This document shows positions 62,907 through 64,000 of a DNA stretch of 64,000 nt, in pieces; positions within the stretch are counted from its first letter, which is position 1; each line of letters begins with the position of its first letter. A program made the position numbers and the translations under genes. The DNA comes from Paragordius varius (taxonomy: Eukaryota > Animalia > Nematomorpha), in NCBI GenBank assembly GCA_964247055.1, contig OZ176054.1, forward strand, positions 11,036,001-11,100,000. The letters run 5' to 3'. Under the pieces are notes generated by a model. That model saw only the letters and a program-made list of their open reading frames with translations, had not been told where the DNA came from and searched no databases.

Positions 62907-64000
62907 ACTTTTTGCATTTTGAGGATGAAGCATTGAAGAATTTATTTATTTTATTGGATTGCATAAAATTTTTACTATTTGATATATAAAATTATATATT
63001 TATGTTTATTGTCAATAAATATGTGATAAATTTACTTTAGTTTCAAGCGTCTAAAAAGCATATTAATCCACAGTGCACAAAATCGGAGGCTATAAAAAAT
63101 ATTATGATCAATCATATATATTGCATATTAGGAAAATCATGGTGCTTGGTTTTAGGTCTAACGAATAATATTGAGGTATATCCAATTTTGTGGTAATTGC
63201 CTTATCGAAAGGTTGCAAATTAGGCAAACTTATTTGGAGTCTACGCTTAAAATTCTAAACAAACTTCATTTTGGTTTTCAAATATAGTTTATAATTTAAT
63301 GATATTATTAAAGGAAATTAAACTTTGACCAAAAAGACCCCTAACTATTTCCCCAAATTTAAAGCAAAAGCTAATCAAAATTTTGAGGTGATAGAAATGT
63401 TAAACAATGTTTTTGTAATATCTTAAAGCACCATAAAATACGATTGCCAAAATTTTTATAAAAAAATCTATTATATTGTCAAATACTAATTTATATGAAA
63501 AATATTATCGCGCATCGGCTTTTTTTAAAAAACTGGCCAATTTTAGAGAAGTCCAAAAAGTTGTTTTGGAACCTACGCTTAAAATTTTAAATTTCATTTT
63601 TGTTTTCGAATATAGTTCATATCAAAATATAATGGTATTTTTAAAGGGAAGCATTTAGCTTTCATATAAAAAATTATAATTTGCCTAATTTGTAACCTTT
63701 CAAGGAACAATTACCACAAAATTGGATATAACTCTAAATTATTTGTTAGACCTAAAACCAAGCACCATGATTTTCCTAATATGCAATATATATGATTGAT
63801 CATAATATTTTTTATAGCCTCCGATTTTGTGCACTGTGGATTAATATGCTTTTTAGACGCTTGAAACTAAAGTAAATTTATCACATATTTATTGACAATA
63901 AACATAAATATATAATTTTATATATCAAATAGTAAAAATTTTATGCAATCCAATAAAATAAATAAATTCTTCAATGCTTCATCCTCAAAATGCAAAAAGT
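62907..64000. repeat. Long inverted repeat (foldback) open at the right edge
   Basis: 62907-63162 is the reverse complement of 63745-64000 (256 bp, no mismatch seen). About 65 bp of imperfect match continues inward, around a ~450-bp spacer. Confidence 0.92.

Overview
This is very AT-rich, intron-containing animal genomic DNA; there are no prokaryotic features and no CRISPR array. I reconstructed six host genes by hand from GT-AG exons, arranged as three head-to-head pairs. (1) GART, trifunctional purine protein (-, 17001 to ~4100), whose transformylase domain breaks off inside the window, paired with a divergent NUP85 (+, ~20746-28585). (2) ATP5PO/OSCP (-, 38168-37152) paired with MRPL35 (+, 38199-38684), with start codons only 30 bp apart. 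(3) A greatly expanded hnRNP L-like RRM gene (-, 57231-44452) paired with AMP deaminase (+, from 57545, incomplete at the window end). Intron sizes are bimodal: many are 27-32 nt, and the longer ones are filled with MITEs. Mobile DNA includes a very young, compact Ty3/gypsy (Mag-like) LTR retrotransposon (30446-35072, identical 306-bp LTRs, AAGAC TSD, +1 frame break between protease and RT). There are also two decayed Mos1-like mariners, an RTE LINE tail, about 11 foldback-like MITEs with 21-bp arrays, piggyBac-like TTAA MITEs, Tc1-like MITEs, a ~238-bp tandem array at the left edge and a long inverted repeat running off the right edge. An unidentified exon-like region (28.7-36.8 kb) surrounds the LTR insertion. 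All calls come from manual reading and motif recall; no searches were run, and the organism is not identified.
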